From Pelagomonas calceolata (Eukaryota): a stretch of 64,000 bases of DNA. Below are positions 41,284-51,035 of the stretch, one piece after another. The stretch is from NCBI GenBank assembly GCA_918797485.1, contig CAKKNE010000005.1, positions 372,001 through 436,000 of the forward strand. The letters run 5' to 3'. A model generated the notes under the pieces. The model worked only from the letters and a program-made list of their open reading frames with translations, ran no database searches and had not been told where the DNA came from. The first letter of the stretch is position 1. Each line of letters starts with the position of its first letter. The position numbers and the translations under genes are program-made.

Positions 41284-42786
41284 TCACACGCGTCCGAGGG
41301 GCGACGCGCCCGCGTTGTGCGCCTTGAGCTCCTCGTGGCGGATGCCGGACTTTCCGCCATACAGCTTCTTTTCCGGTTTTTCGGGAGGGAAGAAGTCCTG
41401 GGCAAAACTGGCCGTCGCGAAGGGTAGCACGAGTAAGGTCATGTACGTAAAAACGGCCGCCGCCACCACCACAGCCCATATAGAATAAAGGCCTTCGACG
41501 GCCTCCTCACAAACTCCATCATAAAACGCGTGCTCGATGATCGGTTCGAAGACGGAGCAGTTCAATACGTCCCGCTTCAGGTCCAAAACGGCCTGGTCGA
41601 GCACTAAGCGAGCATCCTCCAATGCCTGGGACGCCTCGTCGACACCCGAACAGATCGGCTCGTCCGGGCAGATCTCAATACCATTAATGTTCCCGCAGGC
41701 CGGGAGGGCGTCCAGAGCCGTCGTCACTGCCGTTAAATTGGAGACCGAGGCCGCGACGTTGTTCACTTCCGCCCCCAATGGATTTTCACCCATACACCCA
41801 CTCAGGTAATACCCCGCGTATTCGTTCCCTTCCGCCCGCTGCGTCAGGACCTTCGACGGCCCCAGATAACAAAAGTCGGCCGCCGTGATACTAATGACAA
41901 ACAGCGCCACGAAGATCACCAGAGCCATCGTCAGGCCCGGCCCGCCGGCCCAGCACGCGCCCAGGTTCAGGCAACACGACGTCGGTCGCTTGCACTTGCA
42001 GCACGAGAAGAAGAGGCCGACGATTGTCAGCATAACGAAGACGACGAAGGGCGCGGAAACGAAGGCCGGCACGCCGACCTCGAGCCAGTACTGGACGCGG
42101 CCCTTGCCGTTCCAGGGCTCCGCCCCCTGCGGGCTCGTGACGAGCTCCGCCTCGAGGTCGTCGGCGGCGTCCTTGAATCGAGCCAAGCCCGGTGCTAAGG
42201 CTGTCAGGGTTTTGTTCACCTCCGATAGCGTTGCTAGGGAGCTGTTCAGGAGGTCCGTGGTCTGTTGGTCCGCGACGGCGCATTCGATGGTATTGATCCG
42301 TCGCGTCACGTCCGCGACGGACGACGAACAGCTCCCTAGAATGGCCTGGAGGCTGCCTATGACCTTCGATACCCGCTCGACGCTCTTCGCGACGGAGAAG
42401 ACGGCGTCCACGACCAGCCGCTGGCCCCGCGAGTAGGCCAGCAGGGAGCAGAGCGTCCCCAGCAGTAGGAACATCAATACGAGTCGGAACGCCGCGCCCT
42501 TGCCCTTCGTCTTCGTCTCGACGCACGTGCAACATTTGTCTTTGCAGCAGCACGCTCGGAACGACAAGCAGCAGCGATACAACGCGTAGAAGATCAGCAG
42601 CGCTAAACCGACTCCGGTGCAGACGACCGCGAGCTCCGCGAGTTGCTGGCCGTAGGGGTCCCGCTCGCCCCAGTCCTCGAGGTCCGGCTTGGGGCCCATC
42701 TCCCACAAGAGCTCGACCGTGTCCGTCTTGGCCTCATCATCCGTGGACTCGAGTGCCGCTTGTAATCGACGGAGAGGGGGCCTCAT
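41284..42786 (-). CDS. Tweety-like 5-TM membrane protein (paralog 1)
   Basis: TM-CC-TM, long extracellular helices, 'ADFCYLGP', 'YYLSGC.GENP', 'LNC..F.PI....FYDGVC..AVEGL'. Confidence 0.65.
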   Translation of the reverse strand: MRPPLRRLQAALESTDDEAKTDTVELLWEMGPKPDLEDWGERDPYGQQLAELAVVCTGVGLALLIFYALYRCCLSFRACCCKDKCCTCVETKTKGKGAAFRLVLMFLLLGTLCSLLAYSRGQRLVVDAVFSVAKSVERVSKVIGSLQAILGSCSSSVADVTRRINTIECAVADQQTTDLLNSSLATLSEVNKTLTALAPGLARFKDAADDLEAELVTSPQGAEPWNGKGRVQYWLEVGVPAFVSAPFVVFVMLTIVGLFFSCCKCKRPTSCCLNLGACWAGGPGLTMALVIFVALFVISITAADFCYLGPSKVLTQRAEGNEYAGYYLSGCMGENPLGAEVNNVAASVSNLTAVTTALDALPACGNINGIEICPDEPICSGVDEASQALEDARLVLDQAVLDLKRDVLNCSVFEPIIEHAFYDGVCEEAVEGLYSIWAVVVAAAVFTYMTLLVLPFATASFAQDFFPPEKPEKKLYGGKSGIRHEELKAHNAGASPLGRV

Positions 42787-43179
42787 CGTCGGGGGCAGCT
42801 TTCTTGGTTCTCCGCGGTGTTGCGTGAGGCGGTGGCAGCAACGCCCCTACGTTATGCGTCGACGGCGCTCGCCGTGCCTCCGAGAAATGGCGCCCGCGCG
42901 AGTGCAGCGGCGGCCACCCCGCACGCTCCGGGGAGTGCGCGCTCCGGGAGACGTCTCCGGAGTTTAGTGATTGATCCCTCTTTACCATTTCAATATGAGA
43001 TGAATCACCATCCGTCAAGCTCCCGACAAAAAAGCATTGCAATGGGCTGCCCGCCATTGCACGCCCTTTGCGAGGCACACTGGTTCGTCTGCGTTGGGCC
43101 ACAGCGCCAGTGTCGTCCCCGGACACCAGCAACCAACAGCACGCATCGATAGAGGCAGCCCTAGCATGATGGCACGACG

Positions 43180-44304
43180 ATGAGAGCACTAGCAGTGCTG
43201 CTCGTGCGAGCGGCGGCCGACGACTGCTGCTGGGTCCAGCGCTCTGTCAAGGGCACGACCTTCAAGAAACCTATGCAAACCATCGAGGCGTGCGACACGA
43301 AACATCGGTGCTTCGTGGCGTGCTCCGTCTCGCGCCTGTTCGCTGCGCCCAAGAAATGCACCTGCGACCCAACCATTGTGGCGAGGGAGGCCAACTTCTC
43401 TCTAGCGAAAACGCTCGTCTCGCAGCACATGCGGAGCGTCTACGCCGGGGCCTGGCTCGCTCCAATGAATTTGGCGCAACGGGTCCCCTGGAACGCGTTA
43501 ATGGGAGCGCCCCTCGAAGCTAGTTCATACGGCGTCTTCAAGGAGGCATCCGCCGTCTGGCGGTCGGCGTTGCCCGAGTCGTTGTATGTCATGCACCTCT
43601 CGGCCTACGAGCATTCCGTGGTGGCGAGAAACCCCTGGGCCGAGGCGATGCGGCGCGTCGACGCGGTGATAAATTGGCAGCTTCGGGATTTGTGCGGTAC
43701 GACGCCGCGACGGTGGCCTTTATATGAGAAGACAGGGGCGATTGTCGCGTTCTTCGGCGGCGTGTCTCGGGTGCGGTACGTGGACGTCGAGGGCGCGTCA
43801 ACCACGAAAATGGACACGGGCAATGCGCATAGTCTACAGCCGCGATCGATCAAGGTACGAGCTCTCAAAGCTTCTGTTTGTTCGTTGCTGCGGGACGTGG
43901 CTTCTGTGGTACGCGTCGCGGTCTGCGACGAGGATGACAAACGAGCTGCCTCTGAGGCGCTCGGTGAGCTGGCGGATGTTGTGGTAGTGCCATGCGGGAA
44001 TAAACCGAGGAACCTCCCCTTCCTCGCGCTGCACGACGCCGTATCACAATTCGCCGGCAAGGCGTACGTCGCGTTCAGTGAGTCGGACCTGACCTGGCGC
44101 TTCGCCTCCAATGAAGCGGCCGAGGCGGCATCAAAGTTATTCCGAGCCGCCCCCTCATCGGTCCTGACGCCCCACCGCTGGCACAAGCGTTATGGGAGCA
44201 CGGCCGAAAAGGGCGACGCCTTCGGCTCCCAGCCGACGGGCCAGAACCTCTGTTCGCTGCGGGCGGGGGCGCGGATGGCCGCGGTCGCGCGCATGCCGGG
44301 GTAA
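43180..44304 (+). CDS. Secreted hypothetical protein
   Basis: Signal peptide MRALAVLLVRAAA, Cys-rich N-terminus, 374-aa open frame. Confidence 0.55.
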   Translation: MRALAVLLVRAAADDCCWVQRSVKGTTFKKPMQTIEACDTKHRCFVACSVSRLFAAPKKCTCDPTIVAREANFSLAKTLVSQHMRSVYAGAWLAPMNLAQRVPWNALMGAPLEASSYGVFKEASAVWRSALPESLYVMHLSAYEHSVVARNPWAEAMRRVDAVINWQLRDLCGTTPRRWPLYEKTGAIVAFFGGVSRVRYVDVEGASTTKMDTGNAHSLQPRSIKVRALKASVCSLLRDVASVVRVAVCDEDDKRAASEALGELADVVVVPCGNKPRNLPFLALHDAVSQFAGKAYVAFSESDLTWRFASNEAAEAASKLFRAAPSSVLTPHRWHKRYGSTAEKGDAFGSQPTGQNLCSLRAGARMAAVARMPG

Positions 44305-44320
44305 GTACGTACTTAGTACT

Positions 44321-45976
44321 CTAGAGGACCGGCTCGTCAGCCTCGGGCTGGTCCGCGACGGCCGCGGCCTCCATCAATTTGCCCGTCTCGTCGTACTCGC
44401 TCTGGTCCCCGAAGATGCCCTTCTCGGGGTCCGTGTCGGCGACGCCGACGACGCCGCCCCCCTCCTGCTTGAAGGCCGCCGTCGCGAAGGGCACGAGCCA
44501 GATCCCTATATAGGTAAACACGCCCGCGGCGGCGACGACCTGCCAGATGTAGTAGAGGCCCGCGACGGCCTCGGTGCAGACGCCATCATGAAAAGCCGTC
44601 TCGATGATGGGCTGGAACTTCGTGCAGTTGAGGACGTCGGCCTTAATATCGGCGACGGACGCGAGTAATGATGCGACGCTGGTGGTGACGGCCGTGTCGG
44701 CGGCGGGCACGTTGGCGCAGACGGGGTCCCCGATCACGCACCCGGCCGTGTGGCTCGGAGTGCATGCACTGGTGGCACCTGAAGGTACCTCCAGCAGGTT
44801 CATGTTTACGTCATGGGTACAGAGTTGCAGGGCGGTATCCAGGTTCGCGTCGCACGTCGGCAGGCTCGTCAGCGACGCCGTCGCGTCCGTCAAATTCGCC
44901 ACGGCCGCGGCCATGGCGTCGACGTCTTTGGCCATCGGGTTCTCGCCCGCGCACTCCAAGTAATACGTTAAAGCGGACGTCTCGTTGTTGTCGCGCGCGG
45001 CCGCGAGCATGACGGGCCCCGGGCCGACGTAGCAAAAGTCCGCCAATGCGATCGAGACAATAAACAGCGCGACGAAAATCACTAAAGCCAGAATTAACCC
45101 GGGCCCGCCGGCCCAGCACGCGCCGGTATTTAAATGGCACCAGGCGCAGTTCTTGCTCATCTTCTTGACCTTGCCCTCGGGCATGACGCTGCGGCAGGCC
45201 GTGCACGCCACGCCGAGGCACGTGGTCAAAATGTAAATGATGAACGGCAGCGACACCATCAATGCGATGGCGTAGTTGATCATGTCCTGCACCTGGGGGT
45301 CCTCGGCGCGTTTCCTATATTTCTCGACGTCGGACTTCATGTCGTAGATCGACTGCTTCATCGTGGCGATCGTCGTGTTCGTTTTTGTGAGGTCGGCGAC
45401 GATGTCCGGCGTCGGGTCCGTCTTGCCCGCTAACAACATCGCGTTCGCGTCGCAGGCGATGCCGTTCACGCCCACCGTCATGTCCGTCACACTATTCACC
45501 ATATTCCCCAGGATCTGCTGCAGTCTTCCTAAAATAACCTCGAGCTGTTTCATCGCGTCCGCGACGTCCTCGACGGCGGCGCCGATCCGGTCGGACCCGG
45601 CCGTGTAGCTTAATAAAGAGAGGACGACGCCCACCAATATCAAAGCTAGGGCGATCTTTAGGATAAGGGCCTGCCTTTTACAACACTTCTTCTCGACGCA
45701 CGGGCAGCACTTCTTCTGGATCGGCTTGCCCTTGCAGGCAAAGTGTTTGCAACATAAGCCCAACCGGAAGCACGCGTGGACCAAAAGTAAGATGACGCCG
45801 ATCGCGATGACGGTCGCCATCAGCGTGGTCATGTCCATGTCATAGCTGCCCTCGGCGCCGACGACGACGTCGGGGTCCTCCGGCTGGCTGCCCATGCCCC
45901 AGAGACTTTCTACGGTCTCCGTGCAGGGCGGGTCCGCGTCGCAGGGCGGCGTGGCGGCCGGGCGGGGCGTGGCCAT
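44321..45976 (-). CDS. Tweety-like 5-TM membrane protein (paralog 2)
   Basis: Shares 'GACWAGGPGL..ALVIFVALF..SI..ADFCY.GP', 'GENP' and 'DVLNC..F.PIIE.AF.DGVC.EAV.GLY.IW' with paralog 1. Confidence 0.65.
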   Translation of the reverse strand: MATPRPAATPPCDADPPCTETVESLWGMGSQPEDPDVVVGAEGSYDMDMTTLMATVIAIGVILLLVHACFRLGLCCKHFACKGKPIQKKCCPCVEKKCCKRQALILKIALALILVGVVLSLLSYTAGSDRIGAAVEDVADAMKQLEVILGRLQQILGNMVNSVTDMTVGVNGIACDANAMLLAGKTDPTPDIVADLTKTNTTIATMKQSIYDMKSDVEKYRKRAEDPQVQDMINYAIALMVSLPFIIYILTTCLGVACTACRSVMPEGKVKKMSKNCAWCHLNTGACWAGGPGLILALVIFVALFIVSIALADFCYVGPGPVMLAAARDNNETSALTYYLECAGENPMAKDVDAMAAAVANLTDATASLTSLPTCDANLDTALQLCTHDVNMNLLEVPSGATSACTPSHTAGCVIGDPVCANVPAADTAVTTSVASLLASVADIKADVLNCTKFQPIIETAFHDGVCTEAVAGLYYIWQVVAAAGVFTYIGIWLVPFATAAFKQEGGGVVGVADTDPEKGIFGDQSEYDETGKLMEAAAVADQPEADEPVL

Positions 45977-46387
45977 CGTGTCCTGTTGCGGGGCAGCCTG
46001 GCTTGGCCGGAGTGGTTGGCCGGCGGGGCTGCTGAGTCCTGCAGTCACCGACTTCTCTCGGTGCCGCTGCCGGGTCCTGGGCGCGGCGGATCCCGGCGCG
46101 AACGGCGGGCGTTGATGGTCCTTTGCCAGGCAAAGGGCACTAGGGCGGCACTAGGATGCACGTGGGGCGCCTATCTCGGGGGATGCCGACTCGTACGGGA
46201 GCGGCGCGTCGACGGGAGAAGGCCCTGGGCGGCGCCGGCGCGCGCCGGGCGCGCGGCGTCTTCGTCGGAGCGCGGCGCGCGGAGCCCTCGCGCTAGACCC
46301 TCCGCTCTAGTCGCACCTCCATCTCTACCACTGTCGACGCATGTCATCTGCGTCCTCCCCAGGGCACCTGCACCTTATTTAAACAAC

Positions 46388-46672
46388 TTATGACTGCGCC
46401 TCGAGCATCTTGCGCATGCGCCCGATCGTCGTCTTCGCCGTCACGGCGGGGGGCGTGTTCAGCATGTACGCGCCGCCGGCGATCACCTTCCGGCACGAGC
46501 CGCACTTCCAGATGCCCGTCGCCTGGCGCTTGACGTTGTCCTTCCCACAAAAGACGCAGTTGTACTTCGAGTGCTGCGAGACCTCCATCTTCTTGATGTT
46601 CTTCCGGATCGACGCGCCGTACCGAATGCCGTACTTGCCGCAGATCCCTACTTTCTTCGTACGCTTACCCAT
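46388..46672 (-). CDS. RPL37A: 60S ribosomal protein L37a (eL43)
   Basis: '[24 protein letters not shown]...[22 protein letters not shown]...AGGAY'; probable 5'UTR intron 46690-47012 (GTACGT..CTCAC..CAG). Confidence 0.97.
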   Translation of the reverse strand: MGKRTKKVGICGKYGIRYGASIRKNIKKMEVSQHSKYNCVFCGKDNVKRQATGIWKCGSCRKVIAGGAYMLNTPPAVTAKTTIGRMRKMLEAQS

Positions 46673-47304
46673 CTTGGCGCGGCGTCGACCTGCGTGAGGG
46701 GCGGGCGGTGAGTGTCTGCGTCCGCGGGCGGCGCGCTCGTCTCGTGTGTGGTGGGGCTACCCGCAGCGACGCCGGGTGCCGTCGCGGGTGTTACCGCGCA
46801 GCCGACGGCCCGTCGCTGGCGTTACTGCGCCGCCGACGGCCGCAGACGGCCAATCGAGCGCGCTTGCAGCACGCGGCTCGGCCGCACAGGGCTGGGCGCC
46901 CGGCAGGGATGCCGGGTGCCCCGTGCTGGCGCAGGCGGGCGCCCAGACGGCCGTACAGGGCAACTCGCGGTTTGCAAGCCAAGTCGCTTATTTTAGCCCG
47001 TGCGGCACGTACGGCGACGCGATTGCAGCAGCTGCGCCTCTGACCAACAGAGCGGCCTCTCGTAGATCGACAGTGTGAACAAGACGCCGTAAGCACGGTT
47101 TAAGCCCGCTTTTGATCGAGTCCTGGCGACGGCACCTCTAGTGCCTCTATAGACCGCTAGCCGAGACTCGTAGAAGACGTCAAAAATCTCTCCTCGCACG
47201 CGCCACAAGCTGCTTCGAGGGCTGGTTGTCGCCCTGAACCCGGCCGGCGCGGAGAGCTTGAGAAGTGAGTGCATGGCAAAAAAGGGCAGCCCAAAATCGC
47301 ATCG

Positions 47305-48177
47305 ATGTCGCACGGCCGCGCCCAGCCGCGTCATCGACGGCGCAAGAGCGATTTCTTCGGCTCGCCCGCAAAGCAGACCAGCGCAGCGCCACCGGTGGCA
47401 GTACCAGAGGCTGCCGATGATGAGTGGGTCCGGTGCCACGACGCGGCGACGGGCGCAAGCTACTACGCGAACCGCCGCTCCTTCGAGGTAAGCTGGACGC
47501 CACCAACGGCAGCAGTTTCGCCGCCGCCGCCGGCCGCCGCCGAGGCGTCGGTGGCCGCCCCGCCGCCGGCACGGGCGCGGCGCGGCGCCGACGCGGCCTG
47601 GATCGGCCGCGGCGGCGCCGCGCTGGCCAAGGCTACGCACGAGGCCCCGACGCCCGTCGTCGCGCCGCCATCGCCGCCGGCTCCCGAGCCGCCGTCACCG
47701 CCGACGCCAGAGCCGCCGCCGCCGCCGGAGCCCGACGACGAGCCGTCCTACGAGGAGTTCGTCGTCGTCGACGAGCGCACCGACAGCGGCACCGAGGAGG
47801 GCAGCGGCGCGTCCTACGAGGAGTTCGAGGAGCTGGAGGAAGTTGTGGTCGTGGCGCCGGAGCCCCGCGCCCCGCTGACGCCCGAGGCTGCGACGCCGGA
47901 GCCTGCCGCCGAGGCTCCGGCTGCGCCGGCCGAGCCGACGCCCGAGCCCTCGCCCTCGCCGCCGGAGCCCGCGCCCACAACACACGCGGCGCCGCCCGCG
48001 AGGAGGAAGACGGCGCAGGAGCTCCTCGCCGCGCTGGCGGAGGTCTCGGAGCGGCTGGCGCCATACGCCGCGGCGTTTGCGCCCGCGCCGCGGAAGCACG
48101 CGCTCCTCGACGTGCGCGGCGCGCCGACGCGGCGCGGCCGCGCGCTCCTCGCGGCGGCGCGGCGGTGCCGTGCATGA
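47305..48177 (+). CDS. WW-domain, Pro/Glu-rich protein; start uncertain
   Basis: 'EWVRCHDAATGASYYANRRSFEVSWTPP' WW signature. Confidence 0.6.
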   Translation: MSHGRAQPRHRRRKSDFFGSPAKQTSAAPPVAVPEAADDEWVRCHDAATGASYYANRRSFEVSWTPPTAAVSPPPPAAAEASVAAPPPARARRGADAAWIGRGGAALAKATHEAPTPVVAPPSPPAPEPPSPPTPEPPPPPEPDDEPSYEEFVVVDERTDSGTEEGSGASYEEFEELEEVVVVAPEPRAPLTPEAATPEPAAEAPAAPAEPTPEPSPSPPEPAPTTHAAPPARRKTAQELLAALAEVSERLAPYAAAFAPAPRKHALLDVRGAPTRRGRALLAAARRCRA

Positions 48178-48565
48178 CCCGTTCCTGTATGTCAAGTCGT
48201 GTTATAGTACTGTGGTAGGAGTGCTCCGGCGACCCTCGCGCGGCCTCCTTCTCTCGAAACTGCCCTACTCCGGATGTCGTTTCGGAGACTTGTGCTCCGA
48301 GTCCTTGACGTCTCATCGACGGCTCGTGGGCGGGCGAGAGGCGACCGCGCAGAGCGGCAGAGTTAGCGCCATCTCCCGCACGACGAGCGCACGGCGGCGC
48401 GCGAGACGCACGCACCGCGGCTCGCGGGCGCTGCACAGCCTCTCCGATCCGGGACGAATCACTACCGCGCGCCGGGGCAGCCGTGGCTAGCCCTTCGCTG
48501 CAGCCCCAGGCAGCACAGCCCAGCCACCCTGCACGCCGCCAGCGCGAGGCAGCCCAAACGCAACG

Positions 48566-50605
48566 ATGGGCGCCCCCCGCTTAGTATTCGATGAGCAAGG
48601 CCGAGGCATGGCCTACTACGCGAGTGGAAGAGTCGCGGCCTGCTGCACGGCGAAGACGTCGTACAGCAGCTGCTTCTATTTTTATAGAGACGACAAAAAA
48701 AATACGCCCCTGTGCACGATCGACGACAAAATGTGCGGCTTCGCCGATGCGAAGGACGGCAGTCGTTTTGTCCTGTCGAAGAAGGGCGGGATCTGGTCCG
48801 ACGGCGACGGTACCATCCGAAGGGAGTGGACCTGGGGCGAAGGCTCGAAACCGCCCTTGGTCACTCTGAAGCTCAGCAATGAACTGACGCTCGAGTTTGC
48901 TGATAGAGAAACGTGTGAAGTGCGCTTAAGGTTTGCCAATTGCAGTCGCGACTTTGACGTGTCTCTCAAGGTGAAACGGAAGGGTTCGTACCTCGACACG
49001 GCTACTCGCGGATTGAAGGGAGCCCTAGATCCGCAGATAGATCGCGTTTCTCTCTCCCAGAGGGTCGCGGAGGTCGGGCTGAAGTCTCAAGCGTTGAAGA
49101 ACACGCTGCACCCCAAGAGTGGTGTCCTGACGAACGCCGGCACGCGATCCATCGTCGCGGCTTTAGAAGCGGGATTCGACACGTACGATGAAACACATAA
49201 CCCGGGCGCCGTCTTCCGAGGCAGGCAGGCCTTCCAGAATTCGGTAGCGATGACGCGCAGTGAGGTGCCTCGCATCGCTCTTACGGGAGACGAGACCGGT
49301 CCGGTCGTCGGTCTGGGCGACACTATATACTCGTCCTCGAAGTGTGAACCTTCTAGCACATTATCGTTGGTCGGTCTGGAACTAGCACATGAGCTAGAAA
49401 GGATGAATCCAAAACTGAAGCGGTCGCAGATGATCCGGGGCGCGTCCGGGCGCTACGACGAGGTCATCCCCGTGTATGGGGGCGTGCCTACCGCGAGAAA
49501 CCCGTCCGGGAAGTTCGAGAGCGGTCGGATGGCTCTACCTCGCATTGAGCCTGCAGATCTGGAGTCTTACGTCGGCTCGAAGGGTGACCAGCTCGTCTGT
49601 GTTCTGTGCACGCGTTTTGATGATCCGGTATGTTGCAAGGCCGAAGCTGTGGCCGAGGCGTGTCGGGGCGAGGTGGTCCGAGGCGAAGTGAGGGATGCGT
49701 CGAAATACGACTTGGTGAAGGTCGAGATGGCCGCGTCCCGCCGCATCGCCGACAGGTACGGCGTCTATGCGCTACCGGCGTTTCTGATGTTCTACAAAGG
49801 GTCATTGGTGTATGCGGGCCAGCTCGGAGGCGAAAAGATTCGCGTCGCGTCGGAGTTCAAGCCCTACAAGATGTTGTACGTGGAGCCGACGTTTTCGGAC
49901 ATGATCTGGGGCGAGAAGTTATTAAGGAAGCTGCGCTTCTCCTGGGATCTGTGTAGTTCTGCGTCTGAAGCCCAGAATTTGAAGACCGTAGCTGAGAGAG
50001 CGTCCATCGAGAAGGGCGAGCGAAAAGCTGCGTATGACGTCGTTCTGGTCGCCGATTCACTTGCTGTAAGTGATGCGGGGCCTTTACAACGGCTGTTCAA
50101 GCAGGGCGACGGCGACGCTTTGGTCGTTGGTCTGGCTGCTCTCAAAGGTCCCGAGGGTGCTTTAGCTTTATCAAAAGCGCGGTTCAACTCCAAGAAGCAG
50201 GGGCTCACGAAAGACGTCGAGGCCGTCCTACCGTCGCACGTCGCGTCTATCTGTGATATGGCGATGACGAAGCCTCTGAAGGGTGGGGCGCTCGAGGACT
50301 TGCTCGAAGTCCTAGGTGATCGGAGGCAAAAACTAGCGGATAGTGATGGAGCGCCGTCGCAGGATTTAGACTACCGAGGCCTCACCACGAAGTCGCTGAT
50401 GCGGAAATGCTACTCAGCCTTGCAGGCCGGCCAGTCGGGCCGGACCATAGCAGACCCGTCCAAACAAAAAAAGCGGAAGAAGATACCTCTCGCGCCGTCG
50501 TACCCCGTGACGAAGAAGTGGACCTTCCCCGCGCCGCCGCTGGACCAGAAGATCGAGCCGCTGATCGATCTGACGTTTCCGGTCGCGGGGCACACGACAC
50601 TCTAA
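48566..50605 (+). CDS. FAM194/ERICH6-like N-terminus + thioredoxin-like + receiver-like domain protein
   Basis: 'GMAYYASGRVA...FYRDD', 'G.IRREWTW'; 'IADRYGVYALPAFLMFYKGSLVY' (Trx fold); 'KMLYVE...YDVVLV...MTKPL' (REC-like). Confidence 0.55.
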   Translation: MGAPRLVFDEQGRGMAYYASGRVAACCTAKTSYSSCFYFYRDDKKNTPLCTIDDKMCGFADAKDGSRFVLSKKGGIWSDGDGTIRREWTWGEGSKPPLVTLKLSNELTLEFADRETCEVRLRFANCSRDFDVSLKVKRKGSYLDTATRGLKGALDPQIDRVSLSQRVAEVGLKSQALKNTLHPKSGVLTNAGTRSIVAALEAGFDTYDETHNPGAVFRGRQAFQNSVAMTRSEVPRIALTGDETGPVVGLGDTIYSSSKCEPSSTLSLVGLELAHELERMNPKLKRSQMIRGASGRYDEVIPVYGGVPTARNPSGKFESGRMALPRIEPADLESYVGSKGDQLVCVLCTRFDDPVCCKAEAVAEACRGEVVRGEVRDASKYDLVKVEMAASRRIADRYGVYALPAFLMFYKGSLVYAGQLGGEKIRVASEFKPYKMLYVEPTFSDMIWGEKLLRKLRFSWDLCSSASEAQNLKTVAERASIEKGERKAAYDVVLVADSLAVSDAGPLQRLFKQGDGDALVVGLAALKGPEGALALSKARFNSKKQGLTKDVEAVLPSHVASICDMAMTKPLKGGALEDLLEVLGDRRQKLADSDGAPSQDLDYRGLTTKSLMRKCYSALQAGQSGRTIADPSKQKKRKKIPLAPSYPVTKKWTFPAPPLDQKIEPLIDLTFPVAGHTTL

Positions 50606-51035
50606 GGGTACTTTATGTATTTGTTTCGAGGGCGTGGGCCCGCGCCCGCGGATTTCGATTTTGGGCTCTCGTCCCGCTGTATTGTGCTAGAGCTGGTACG
50701 GCGCGGCCTAGAGCGGTCGTTCGAGGGGTGTTCGGGCTGCCCGGCGATGCACGCATTCGAGCTCGAGACTTGTGCGTGGTGCGTTTGCGCGCTGTGCAGC
50801 TGTCGCATCGATCATCTACTGACGCTGCCGAGGTCCGAAAGACAATCAGGCATAGCCGTGCGCAGCTCACTGCGAAAACGCTACGCAAAACCGTGCTCTA
50901 CAGCCTGCACGAGGCTGCACGAGGCTGCTGACCTGTACGCCGTCGACGCGCGCTCTGTACAGCTGACCAGCTCATCCCGCCTGAGTTCACAGCACGGCGC
51001 ACACCCGGTGACTCCTACGCCATCGACGACGCATC

